The notes: a model not told the origin generated them from the sequence alone. Numbered from the stretch's first letter, positions 1 to 9,191 are shown. The stretch is 46,178 nt of DNA from an uncultured bacterium (GCA_963804975.1 CAWDSG010000002.1:560224-606401), one strand, 5' to 3'. Numbers and translations: made by a program.

Positions 1-1163
1 ACGGAAACGGAGTTGTCCGAATAATTGGTTACATATGCGTAAAGACCGTCATCGGAAATAGCGACGCTCGTATGCCAAGCTCCGGTTGAAATGCCGGCAA
101 TCGGCGTCGGATTGTAAGGATCAGAAATATCAATGATGGAAACGGTGCCTTCCGGATCGTGATCAGCTATATACGCATAATGGCCGTCGCTGGAAATTGC
201 GATGCTCTCAGGACTTTCTCCCGAAGAAGTGGCGGCGATTTGCGACGGATTATTGGGATCTGAAATATCAACGACGGAAATAGCGTTGTCGCCGTTATCA
301 GTCACATACGCATAATTGCCGTAGATGGCAATGCCCAAAGGATGAGTTCCGACTGAAGTTGAAGCGGTTTCCGAAGGATTGTTCGGATCCGTGATATCAA
401 CTACGGAAACGGTATCATCTACATAATTGGTCACATACGCATAGTAGTCGCCCAGACCATCGCCGGAAATGGCAATGCCTGAAGGATACGTTCCGACTGA
501 AGCGGTGTTAGGCAACGTTTCCGGCAAGGAAGGATCCGTGATATCAACGACAGAGACGGTGCTATCGTCGTGATTAACCACATATGCATAGTTGCCGAGA
601 ACAGCGACAGCTTGAGGGCTGCTTCCAACCGAAGTGGTGGCTATTTGCGAGGCCTGCATTGAATAGGACGCTCCTGAAGTTGACGTGCCTATGAGCACAT
701 TGCCGGCGTTATAATAAATATCTGAACCGGTTGTTGTCCATTGGCTACCGCTTGAACCCGTACTACCGGTAGAGGTTGTGGCGTAAACATTTCCATTTTC
801 ATCAACAGCCAGATACGCGTTTGAAAGATTTGAGATGTTTAAACCGGATGTGGTAGTAGTACCGATAATGTAAAGCACTGTGCTTGGAGTTGAGGTGCCT
901 ATCCCGACATTTCCCAGATTATAATATAAATTACCGCTTGTTGAAGTGGAAATCCACTGGGGATACACTCCGCAATTTGGCGTTGGTACGCCTCCGGTCT
1001 CCATAGGGCAATCGGGATCAAGCGTTTCCCCCGGATTATAAAAGGAGGCAAAGATGCTGCCGGGAGCGAATATAAGGAGAGAGAAAAGAAAAATGCTGGC
1101 TATCGTATATAACCGAAAATCGCACATTTTTCTGAAAAATTTTTGTGTAATTTTTGTATCCAT
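1..1163 (-). CDS. Secreted/surface beta-propeller repeat protein (YVTN/LVIVD-like repeats), truncated by the window edge
   Basis: Not in the ORF track; translated by hand from ATG at 1163 and open to base 1. Hydrophobic leader, FYNPGETLDPDC, GNVGIGTSTP, then ~42-aa repeats such as YAYVTNYVDDTVSVVDITDP and YAYVTDNGDNAISVVDISDP. Confidence 0.85.
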   Translation of the reverse strand, partial: MDTKITQKFFRKMCDFRLYTIASIFLFSLLIFAPGSIFASFYNPGETLDPDCPMETGGVPTPNCGVYPQWISTSTSGNLYYNLGNVGIGTSTPSTVLYIIGTTTTSGLNISNLSNAYLAVDENGNVYATTSTGSTGSSGSQWTTTGSDIYYNAGNVLIGTSTSGASYSMQASQIATTSVGSSPQAVAVLGNYAYVVNHDDSTVSVVDITDPSLPETLPNTASVGTYPSGIAISGDGLGDYYAYVTNYVDDTVSVVDITDPNNPSETASTSVGTHPLGIAIYGNYAYVTDNGDNAISVVDISDPNNPSQIAATSSGESPESIAISSDGHYAYIADHDPEGTVSIIDISDPYNPTPIAGISTGAWHTSVAISDDGLYAYVTNYSDNSVS

Positions 1164-1255
1164 CAGATACGTAATTTACAGCTATATTATAGCTTATAAT
1201 TTTTAGTAAAACAATGGAAATGTTGATAATAATCAGATTTTAACCAGCTATTTTG

Positions 1256-2428
1256 TTATTTAGTATCCCTTATCGCCAAGCTGTATCTGAGGCCGAAGAG
1301 CATCAGAAATCCGAGAAGAAAGAAAATATATCCGATATTGAAATACAAAAGGAATAAAATCGCCAAAAGCGGCGCAATGGCATACGCAAGCGGAGACATG
1401 AAGCGGTACATCGTGATGACATTGATATTTTTTTCTCCGATGCTCTTGAAAAAATAAGTATCCGACATCAATTGGACTATTGCCGCGCCGATTCTCGTCA
1501 GAAAAAGCAATATCGCCCAGATCAGAAAACTTTTATTGCTTATAAGCGGTATGAGCGCGGTGGAAATCGTCATAATTATAAAACCGATTGAGAGCATTTC
1601 CTTTTCGCCGTATTTTTTGTCGGCAAGCTCCCCTGCCGGCACCTGGATAAAGACAAAAGGAAGAAGCATTATGGTAAAAATTGTTCCGATTGTAATCCAG
1701 TTGAAACCGACATATTTATTCAAATAAAGCGGCGTGTAAATCATCATCCATGCGAAAAAAAACTGGAGCAGGAAGTTTGTGGCAAAAATGCATTTTATAT
1801 TTTTATTGTTCCAAACTTCGCGGATTGTCCCTAAAAATCTTATTTCCGAATATTCCGGATCTTTGAAATTCTTCAAGTTGTAAGAAATCATAAACATCGT
1901 CGGTATCATGACAAGTGCTGCCGCAAAAAATACTTTTGAATATGAGGCGACTCCCACAAGAAGGCCTGAAAGCCATGGCGAGAGAAGCCATGCTAGATTT
2001 ACCGCTGTCAGATAAAAACTTCTGATCCTTCCTGTGTCTATATTGGTGGAATTATGCTCTACGAATACATCCATGCACAATCCGATAGTTGTTATTGCAA
2101 TATAGCTCAAGATAAAACCGGAGAGTATTGCATAGATATTTTTTGAAAAAACTATTCCCAAAAGAGAAATGAATGTTATTGCGCACAGATACATTGTCAG
2201 CTTGTAATTTCCGAATTTCCGGAATAATTTCGGCGCAAATGCAAAAACAACCAGAGTCAGTATGGAGCAGATAGCGAAGATAAAGCCGGTAATCTGCTCA
2301 TTGGTCAGGCCGGAAAGGAAGCTTGATTCCACATAATACGGCAGAGATGTGGAAAAAGTAAAAATGAAACCGAGAACATAGAGGACAAAAAGAGCCGGCT
2401 GGCTGATTAAGCTGAATATTTTTTTCAT
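1256..2428 (-). CDS. MFS transporter
   Basis: 390 aa, about 12 hydrophobic segments, GELADKKYGEK loop motif. Confidence 0.85.
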   Translation of the reverse strand: MKKIFSLISQPALFVLYVLGFIFTFSTSLPYYVESSFLSGLTNEQITGFIFAICSILTLVVFAFAPKLFRKFGNYKLTMYLCAITFISLLGIVFSKNIYAILSGFILSYIAITTIGLCMDVFVEHNSTNIDTGRIRSFYLTAVNLAWLLSPWLSGLLVGVASYSKVFFAAALVMIPTMFMISYNLKNFKDPEYSEIRFLGTIREVWNNKNIKCIFATNFLLQFFFAWMMIYTPLYLNKYVGFNWITIGTIFTIMLLPFVFIQVPAGELADKKYGEKEMLSIGFIIMTISTALIPLISNKSFLIWAILLFLTRIGAAIVQLMSDTYFFKSIGEKNINVITMYRFMSPLAYAIAPLLAILFLLYFNIGYIFFLLGFLMLFGLRYSLAIRDTK

Positions 2429-2438
2429 AATATTTTTT

Positions 2439-2885
2439 CTATTTCAAAATAACCTGGATAAAATATTTTTTATCGCGTGCCGGGTCGCCGGAAGGATTGT
2501 CATTTTTCAAAATTAAGAGTCCTCTGTCAGTAATCGTCGCTTTCGGATAAAAAAGTGTCGCGTAAAAATCAATCTTGTTTGTCGTCGCCCAATCCTCGGG
2601 CGAGCTGGCGGTCGTTGACGCAATCACATTGCCGTTTGAATCAAGAAGCTGTACGGGAAATGATCCTTCAAAAAACCAATTACCGCTCACTTTTCCGCTT
2701 ATCTGTATCGGGCTTGTCACTGTTTCGCCATCGTGCGGAAAATAAATTATGGGCATATCGGAAGTTGCCGCCATATTTTGATCCGGCATCGGAGTAATTG
2801 CACCATTTCTTCCCCAATCAAAAATAAATGCCGAGATTATCGCAAATACGAGTAAAACAACAATAATAATTATAAATTTTTTCAT
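2439..2885 (-). CDS. Membrane-anchored Gmad2-like immunoglobulin domain protein
   Basis: N-terminal TM, SPIQISG..GNWFFEGSFPVQLLD, NDNPSG. Confidence 0.7.
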   Translation of the reverse strand: MKKFIIIIVVLLVFAIISAFIFDWGRNGAITPMPDQNMAATSDMPIIYFPHDGETVTSPIQISGKVSGNWFFEGSFPVQLLDSNGNVIASTTASSPEDWATTNKIDFYATLFYPKATITDRGLLILKNDNPSGDPARDKKYFIQVILK

Positions 2886-2898
2886 CTAAATTATAAAA

Positions 2899-3312
2899 TT
2901 AATTTTGCGGAAGAACGCAATTAGTTGATGAGGCCAGAAGTTTCATCGTATTGTCGCCGTCAAAACCAACGGAAATAATATTTGAACCAATAATCCATGT
3001 CGGATAATACTGTATGCCTTTATCAATGCAAAGCTCCGTATTATCGGGACATTCAACATATTTTATAAATCTGAATGAATTTCCAAAAGCCGCTTTTGTC
3101 GCTTGGCAATGCGGACATGATGCGGCGCCATACATGGTCGCGCCGGCATTTGCCAGGCACTCGGCAAACGCGTCATATTTGCTCGGCACATTTGAATATG
3201 CATTTGTATCCGCGCTTTTCGCGTTCATTATTGCGAATATAACAACAATCGCCGCAATTACGATTGCCGCGCCCATGATTATTTTATTCTGTTTGCTTAT
3301 TTCGTTTTTCAT
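2899..3312 (-). CDS. Membrane-anchored thioredoxin/glutaredoxin-fold protein
   Basis: N-terminal TM, FAECL..MYGAASCPHC, YVEC, IQYYPTW (cis-Pro). Confidence 0.8.
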   Translation of the reverse strand: MKNEISKQNKIIMGAAIVIAAIVVIFAIMNAKSADTNAYSNVPSKYDAFAECLANAGATMYGAASCPHCQATKAAFGNSFRFIKYVECPDNTELCIDKGIQYYPTWIIGSNIISVGFDGDNTMKLLASSTNCVLPQN

Positions 3313-3336
3313 AATGATATTATACTATCTTTATCA

Positions 3337-3467
3337 AGCGAGCGAGGCAATGCGATTTTTGAGAAAGTCGCTCATAATAAATTTTCTGCGAGGAACTGTC
3401 TGAGCGAAGCGAGTTTTCCGAGAAGAAAATTTATTATGAGCGACTTTCTCAGTTTGCCTCGCGAGCT
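3337..3467. repeat. 131-bp palindromic MITE/REP-like element, copy 1
   Basis: Imperfect terminal IR (AGCGAGCGAGGCAA / TTGCCTCGCGAGCT), perfect 28-bp internal IR 3360-3387 / 3424-3451, GAGCGAAGCGAG in the loop. Confidence 0.9.
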
Positions 3468-3468
3468 T

Positions 3469-3990
3469 TCACTCCTTGCAGCAATCCATCAGTTTGTTCA
3501 TTATGTCTTTCATATTCATCGGTTTCCCCTCACCTGATATCTTTTTTAAACCTGCCTGACCGGTAGGCAGGTCCGGAGTGTTTATGATTTTCAAACGCAG
3601 CGCAAAAAATGTGGTGAACATCTTGTACGCCTCTTCAAACATTTCTTTTGCTTCGTCTTTTTTATTATCCGCCTGGAATTTCACGCCGACTTCAAACAAT
3701 CTCATAGATGCCGCGAGCAAATGCTTTGATATGCACCAGCTTTCCCCTTCCGTCTTGTTTATCATTTTCGCAAGGAGCTTTGTCCTTACCGAACGGATTT
3801 CAGTCAGAAAGTCAAAATATTCCGGTTTGTCTGTTTTCTCGCCGGTAAAGAAAAAATGCTCCTCCAAACTGACGAGATTCATAATGGCAATGGCTAGATC
3901 TTCCTCAACCGACAGATCAAAATTCCTGCCTACTTTTAGCTCTTCTATTTTTTTCAGGATTTCTTCGTAATTTAAATTGTCGTTTTTCAT
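3469..3990 (-). CDS. Hypothetical helical protein with WC..KH and terminal CCxE motifs
   Basis: 173 aa, NLVSLEEHFFF, WCISKHLL, MDCCKE; sits between the CcdA-like and thioredoxin genes. Confidence 0.75.
   Translation of the reverse strand: MKNDNLNYEEILKKIEELKVGRNFDLSVEEDLAIAIMNLVSLEEHFFFTGEKTDKPEYFDFLTEIRSVRTKLLAKMINKTEGESWCISKHLLAASMRLFEVGVKFQADNKKDEAKEMFEEAYKMFTTFFALRLKIINTPDLPTGQAGLKKISGEGKPMNMKDIMNKLMDCCKE
3551..3571 (-). repeat. 21-bp intragenic palindrome (in-frame insertion), copy 1
   Basis: Sense strand CCTGCCTACCGGTCAGGCAGG, encodes LPTGQAG. Confidence 0.85.
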
Positions 3991-4129
3991 CCCAGTTGTA
4001 AAATTTTAAAGCTGCTAATGTTTTGTTATCTATTTTTATTTATTTATAATCGATTATTATTTTACTTTATACTATTTGTTCGGAATTTACAACGGGACAA
4101 GTATTTTTTGTATTTTCTTAATTAACGTT

Positions 4130-4260
4130 AGCAAGCGAGGCAATGCGATTTTTGAGAAAGTCGCTCATAATAAATTTTCTGCGAGGAACTGTTTGAGCGA
4201 AGCGAGTTTTCCGAGAAGAAAATTTATTATGAGCGACTTGATCGGTTTGCCTCGCAAGCT
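4130..4260. repeat. 131-bp palindromic MITE/REP-like element, copy 2
   Basis: Direct repeat of 3337-3467 with only a few substitutions. Confidence 0.9.
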
Positions 4261-4272
4261 TTTGCCCGCTAT

Positions 4273-5058
4273 TTATTGTATCACAAAAATAAGAGAGCCC
4301 AAAAGTATCATAACAAGCGCAAGCCATATCCTGGCTTTTTTCGTTTCCGCCTTCCTTATAGTATCCATAGTTTCCAAAACTTTTCTGTTTGAAGCGATGA
4401 GAAGGGCAATAAAAAGCGGAAGGACAAATATGAGATTATAGAAAATTAAATAAGCAAAACCTGTGAAAAATTGATGCTGATCGTGCAGGAGCCCTAGCAC
4501 AAAAAGATACGGGCCGCCGGTGCACGGGAATTCAAAAAGCCCTACAACGATGCCTAGAATGAATGTCGCCGGCAATGTGGCTTTTTCCATAAGCACGGCT
4601 ATTTTCCCGTATGCAAACTTAGGAATTTTCGGCTTGATTGGAAAATTCGGCGCAAATTCATTTATCAGATAGAGTAATCCGAAAAGAATTATGAGCGTAG
4701 CGCCGGCTTTCGCCATCAGATTCGGGATATTGAAAATGGAGAGCACGCGCAAAATTCCAAGGCCGATCAGCACATAAGTCACAAAAATGCCAAACACAAA
4801 GGAAAGTCCGGCTTGAAATATTTTTCTTCTTGATCTCCCGATACTGAATAGGAATGCAATAGTAATAAACAATACGGAAAAAGCGCATGGATTGACGCTG
4901 TCAACAAGGGCTGCGATGGCAATCAATATCGGCAGCCATCCTTTGTATGTGCGTATATCCGGCGCATGGAAATGAAAAATTCCCGAATACAAAAGTATCA
5001 AAAATGCGATAATGACCGCAAACAAGCCGATTGCAAATATTTTTTTCCTGTTTGTCAT
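4273..5058 (-). CDS. CcdA/DsbD-type transmembrane electron transporter (cytochrome c biogenesis family)
   Basis: Multi-TM protein with paired Pro-Cys motifs DSVNPCAF and EFPCTGGPY. Confidence 0.8.
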   Translation of the reverse strand: MTNRKKIFAIGLFAVIIAFLILLYSGIFHFHAPDIRTYKGWLPILIAIAALVDSVNPCAFSVLFITIAFLFSIGRSRRKIFQAGLSFVFGIFVTYVLIGLGILRVLSIFNIPNLMAKAGATLIILFGLLYLINEFAPNFPIKPKIPKFAYGKIAVLMEKATLPATFILGIVVGLFEFPCTGGPYLFVLGLLHDQHQFFTGFAYLIFYNLIFVLPLFIALLIASNRKVLETMDTIRKAETKKARIWLALVMILLGSLIFVIQ

Positions 5059-5098
5059 AAAGCGATTATACCATGTCTGAAAAGCGGCATATGAAAAA

Positions 5099-5491
5099 TT
5101 ATTTTATTTCATTATATTTCACTCCCCTTTCAAGAAAATTCATTTCAACTTCCTTGCATCCGAAATAATCGTGGACAAACTCTTTTATATGCTCCGTTGA
5201 AAATTTTCTGCATGAGTAAACATCTATTGATATGAAATTCCTCGGCGTAAGCGTATGGATCTGTATTCCGCTTTCTATGAGAGGCACCCAGCCGGAAAGG
5301 CCAGCTTTATCCGGATATTTATTTTCGTCGCTTTTGAATATGAAAGGCGGAGATTGTTTTGACATTTTTAGCTTTTCCACAAGGTCTTCAAGGAACCGAT
5401 AGCAAAAATGCAGGTCATCGCAAAGCCCAGCTTTACAATCATAAAGGTCAAGCGTCATAAGATAGCCGAATGGTTCAAATTTTTTTGCCAT
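5099..5491 (-). CDS. S-adenosylmethionine decarboxylase-family pyruvoyl proenzyme (variant ESG motif)
   Basis: LDLYDC, GLSGWVPLIESGIQIHT, IDVYSC. Confidence 0.8.
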   Translation of the reverse strand: MAKKFEPFGYLMTLDLYDCKAGLCDDLHFCYRFLEDLVEKLKMSKQSPPFIFKSDENKYPDKAGLSGWVPLIESGIQIHTLTPRNFISIDVYSCRKFSTEHIKEFVHDYFGCKEVEMNFLERGVKYNEIK

Positions 5492-5516
5492 ATTTATTTT
5501 TATAAATCTTAATTTT

Positions 5517-5885
5517 TTAAACTATATATCCCCTATCCACATATTCCATTTCGCATTTTTTATGCTTGAGGATTTTTTTGAGATAATCGACGGCTTTTTT
5601 TGTGAATTCTTCGGATCCGCAGCTGAATACGTCGCATGCCGCAAAATTATGCTCCGGCCATGTATGGATGGAAATATGCGATGTGGATAAGAGCAGAAAA
5701 CCGGTTATTCCGTGCGGTTCGAATTTATGAAAATGGCTGTTAAGAATTTCCATTTCGGCGACGTGCGCCGCTTTTGGAAGATTTTTCTGCCAAAATTCCA
5801 TTGAATCCAATTGTTTTGAACTGCATCCAAAAAAATCCAATATGTAGTGTCCGCCCATTATTTTACTTCTTTTAGATTTCTTCAT
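5517..5885 (-). CDS. speD: S-adenosylmethionine decarboxylase proenzyme (SpeD/SpeH family)
   Basis: GHYILDFFGC, HKFEPHGITG, LSTSHISIHTWPE, CDVFSCG. Confidence 0.8.
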   Translation of the reverse strand: MKKSKRSKIMGGHYILDFFGCSSKQLDSMEFWQKNLPKAAHVAEMEILNSHFHKFEPHGITGFLLLSTSHISIHTWPEHNFAACDVFSCGSEEFTKKAVDYLKKILKHKKCEMEYVDRGYIV

Positions 5886-6023
5886 TCTCTATGGGAGAAT
5901 TATAGCAACTCTCTTCAAAAAGAAAAGTGTTTATAACTTTTTTCTCTTGTTTGTCCGAAAACCGGATTGTAGTATAATTACACGGTCGAGTATTACCAAA
6001 ATTTTTAATAATAAATAATCATA

Positions 6024-6269
6024 ATGGAAGGAAATAAGGAAGGAATGTGCTCATGCGGCATGGGCCAAGGCCATATGTGCAAGCACAGAATCGTGAAAAA
6101 GATTTTTGCTTTGATCATTTTGATCATTGTCTTCTGTTTCGGAATGCAGCTTGGTGAGCTCCGAACATTGTCTGGAATATACGGGCATGGCTACCGCATG
6201 ATGAATAGCATCGGCTGGAATGTAAATGCGATGAATTGCACCGGAACGTCCACAAAAACCAGCAAATAA
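6024..6269 (+). CDS. Small single-TM protein with Cys/His/Met-rich N-terminus
   Basis: 81 aa, MCSCGMGQGHMCKH then one TM; upstream TATAAT and downstream terminator. Confidence 0.7.
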   Translation: MEGNKEGMCSCGMGQGHMCKHRIVKKIFALIILIIVFCFGMQLGELRTLSGIYGHGYRMMNSIGWNVNAMNCTGTSTKTSK

Positions 6270-6270
6270 A

Positions 6271-6314
6271 AATTAAAAAATCCGTCCGAGAATTTAAGGG
6301 CGGATTTTTTAATT
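6271..6314. terminator. Bidirectional intrinsic terminator
   Basis: AATTAAAAAATCCGTCC ... GGGCGGATTTTTTAATT between convergent genes. Confidence 0.75.
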
Positions 6315-6325
6315 CCCAATAAAAT

Positions 6326-6916
6326 TTAATTTTTTACTTTAAACATTTCGCCGTGACCGGGAATGATATAATCAGCCAAACTCAAAATCTTTTCTCTGCT
6401 TTCATTTAAGGCCTTAGGATCTTTAACATAAGAATCTTTATGTTCCAGCAAACCTTGCCTGTCTGTTTCTTGTTCTTCCCCATCTGCCCACCAAAACACA
6501 TCGCCGGCAATAACTACTTTACCCAAATCGTCTATCTTAACAATAACAGAACAATGAAACTGGTCGTGCCCGGGCGTTTTAATGATTTCTATGTCCGTGT
6601 TCGGAACTTTGCCTCCGTGTTTGGTTATTTTTCCGTCAAATGAATATATATCACTGTTATCCAAAACTTTTGCATTTTCAAAAATACCGGCTAAAAGAGA
6701 GTGGTCTAAATGAGTATGGGTTAAGATAACAAAATTGATATCTTTTGTTTTTAATCCGTATTTTTTCAATCCGTCCAACAGCATTTTTTTATTCATTCCG
6801 GGGTCAACAACGATATTCAAATCATCATTTTGAATCAATATGGCCATAGAAGAAGCAAATTCTTCCCCATTTTTTTCTCCAGCATATCCTTTAACTAAAA
6901 TTCCTAGTTTTGTCAT
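6326..6916 (-). CDS. Metallo-beta-lactamase-fold hydrolase
   Basis: VVDPG, THTHLDH, TPGH, AGD, IPGHG. Confidence 0.9.
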   Translation of the reverse strand: MTKLGILVKGYAGEKNGEEFASSMAILIQNDDLNIVVDPGMNKKMLLDGLKKYGLKTKDINFVILTHTHLDHSLLAGIFENAKVLDNSDIYSFDGKITKHGGKVPNTDIEIIKTPGHDQFHCSVIVKIDDLGKVVIAGDVFWWADGEEQETDRQGLLEHKDSYVKDPKALNESREKILSLADYIIPGHGEMFKVKN

Positions 6917-6922
6917 ATTTTA

Positions 6923-7684
6923 TCACATATATAAATTGGAAATAACTTCATTATTGACCTTTTCAATCTCAGAAACATTATGTCTATAGTCATGTCCGAT
7001 ATTAGGAATAGTAATCATTTTTTTTGGTTTATTTGCAATATCAAAAATAAGTTTGATTTCTTCAGGTAAAACAGTCGTGTCTTTTTCTCCCGCTATAAGC
7101 AATAAAGAAGCGTGCACTTTCTTTATCACATCAAGAACATTGTATTTCAAACGATCTTTAGCAAAAGAATATGGTACAAGAAATTCTTTTATTGCCGATG
7201 AATCCGGAATATCCCGTGTTGATTTTTTGAAATCGTCTTTTTGCCACGTTTTTAAAACTTTGCCTTCAACTTCGCCTTCATAAGGGCTCATGATTGCGAC
7301 AACCATTGAAATTCTTTTGTCTTGAGCGGCATAGAGCATGGAAACATATCCTCCCATGCTATGGCCGCCGAGAAGCACATTCGTATATTTTCCATCCTTT
7401 ATCATATAATCAAGCACACTTTTTACATCTTTGAGGTACTGGGTTGTTGAATAATCAGCAATAGAACCTTCACTTTCCCATGTGCCAGTCGGATCAAAAC
7501 GAATTATTGTGTATCCATGAGAACAAAGACTATTAGCTAAAAGAATAAAGCTGGAATAATCTTTGGTATCCAAAAAACCTGGGCAAAGAATAGCTAGTTT
7601 CTCCGTTTTTGTTTCTGGTTTATGAATAACCGCCGCGATATTTTTCCCTATTGTATTTGGAATTTTTATTTTTCCTTTTATCAT
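6923..7684 (-). CDS. Alpha/beta-fold hydrolase
   Basis: GHSMGG nucleophile elbow, GEKD, GHDY. Confidence 0.9.
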   Translation of the reverse strand: MIKGKIKIPNTIGKNIAAVIHKPETKTEKLAILCPGFLDTKDYSSFILLANSLCSHGYTIIRFDPTGTWESEGSIADYSTTQYLKDVKSVLDYMIKDGKYTNVLLGGHSMGGYVSMLYAAQDKRISMVVAIMSPYEGEVEGKVLKTWQKDDFKKSTRDIPDSSAIKEFLVPYSFAKDRLKYNVLDVIKKVHASLLLIAGEKDTTVLPEEIKLIFDIANKPKKMITIPNIGHDYRHNVSEIEKVNNEVISNLYM

Positions 7685-7697
7685 AATAAATAAAATT

Positions 7698-8249
7698 TTA
7701 AACTGTTTTTTGTTGGCCCAAATCTTCCAGTATCTTCACATTCGGCAATGATGCGAAAAAATTGCCAGGCAAGGCGAGTTTTGATTTTCTTATGCCGCTG
7801 CCGATGATGACATAATCCGTATCAGCCACATCTTTATCAACCAGAAGCGACCAGTTTTCCGGCAAACCAACCGGTGTGATTCCTCCGTATTCCATTTCAG
7901 TTTCCGACACAGCTTTTTCCATCGGCGCAAAAGAAACTTTTCGAGCATCTAGTGTTCGGCGAGTCAATCCATTTACGTCAGCTTTGGTGCTAGCCAAGAT
8001 TAAACATCCGGCAAACCAAGTTTTATCCGCTCTTTTTGCTTCAAGCACAACGCAGTTGGCAACATGGTCCATATCAACTTTATATGCATCGCAAAATACC
8101 GCTGTATCAGAAAGATTTGGATCTATTTCTACTGCTCCGATTTTGTCATTGTCTGCAAGTTTAGATATTACAAGAGCAACAGACGGAGCAACTAATTCGG
8201 GGTGGTCTTTTGCCGGTACAAATTGCAATGTTCCTAATTTGATATTCAT
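7698..8249 (-). CDS. YbaK/aminoacyl-tRNA editing domain protein
   Basis: MEYGGITPVG, IIGSGIRKSKL. Confidence 0.85.
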   Translation of the reverse strand: MNIKLGTLQFVPAKDHPELVAPSVALVISKLADNDKIGAVEIDPNLSDTAVFCDAYKVDMDHVANCVVLEAKRADKTWFAGCLILASTKADVNGLTRRTLDARKVSFAPMEKAVSETEMEYGGITPVGLPENWSLLVDKDVADTDYVIIGSGIRKSKLALPGNFFASLPNVKILEDLGQQKTV

Positions 8250-8349
8250 TGAATTATTTTTTACAGATATATTTTAGCATAAAATTGATCAAGATGGAAA
8301 GATTAGAAAATTAATGTATAATATATAAACGAATTTAAAATTATAAAAA

Positions 8350-9057
8350 ATGGATCCTAAAATTAAAAGATTTACAGTTGAATCAACCGAGGAGGAAATG
8401 CTCGAATTCATTAGGGAAAGATTCGACTCTCAAAATGGAGATTTTTATTTAAAATATATTACAAATCTTTTAAATTTAAAAAATCAAAAAGAATTATTTA
8501 AGACACAAAATAATTTTAATATAAATATTCTATCTGAAAATAAAAAACTTGTTAATTGGACAAAAGGTCTGGCTGTCGCAACAATGTTATTAGTTGTTGC
8601 TACTATGTCTATGGCGTTTTCTTCTTTTCAACAAGCTAATGAATTAAGTATACAGATTAAAGCTACCTATACAATTGAGGCTTCAAGTTTAATGCTTGAT
8701 TTTAATAAAGAATTGAGATCTGGTATTTATTTAAATTTAGCTGATGACATTGCAAATAATGTTCCTTTATTTAAACAAAAAGGTGGAAAATATTCTGAAG
8801 CAGAAATAGATAATTATTTATTAATATGGGAAATGCTGAATAATGTATATGAACAGAAACTTATTACCCATGATATGTTATATGATACTTTTTCATATGA
8901 TTTAGAAAATGCCTATTGTAATAGTGAAATAAAGAATTTTATACAACAAGCTAGAAAAGATAGTGTTCCGGCTGATGCTGGTTTATATGGAGGTTTTAGT
9001 CAGTTGGCATCACAGTTTGTTGTAGAAGATAAAATGACAAATTGTCCCATATATTGA
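8350..9057 (+). CDS. Hypothetical single-TM protein, AT-rich
   Basis: 235-aa ORF with one TM, lower GC than neighbours. Confidence 0.7.
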   Translation: MDPKIKRFTVESTEEEMLEFIRERFDSQNGDFYLKYITNLLNLKNQKELFKTQNNFNINILSENKKLVNWTKGLAVATMLLVVATMSMAFSSFQQANELSIQIKATYTIEASSLMLDFNKELRSGIYLNLADDIANNVPLFKQKGGKYSEAEIDNYLLIWEMLNNVYEQKLITHDMLYDTFSYDLENAYCNSEIKNFIQQARKDSVPADAGLYGGFSQLASQFVVEDKMTNCPIY

Positions 9058-9156
9058 TATTTTCCAAATAGTAATTATTCGTTTATTTATTTTTCTCTTT
9101 TTTATTCACCATATTCATCCGGAAATTTCCGCCATTTTTTCACTGTTGATAATTCC

Positions 9157-9175
9157 CCCGAGGTTCAACCTCGGG
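9157..9175. repeat. CCCGAGGT-N3-ACCTCGGG palindrome, probable terminator use
   Basis: CCCGAGGTTCAACCTCGGG followed by a T-run, between convergent genes. Confidence 0.75.
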
Positions 9176-9191
9176 TTTTTATTTTTTAGAT

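Noticed and set aside
431-628. 65-aa ORF in the track
   Set aside because: Out-of-frame shadow of the real 1..1163 repeat protein
3337-4260. Possible CRISPR array or integron attC sites
   Set aside because: Only two long units 793 bp apart, no spacer periodicity, no cas or intI gene, and no RYYYAAC/GTTRRRY ends
4076-4441. ORFs 4076..4441 (+), 4118..4327 (-) and the tail of 3014..3403 (+) crossing the 131-bp elements
   Set aside because: They are translations of the palindromic repeat and of antisense coding DNA; no independent coding signal
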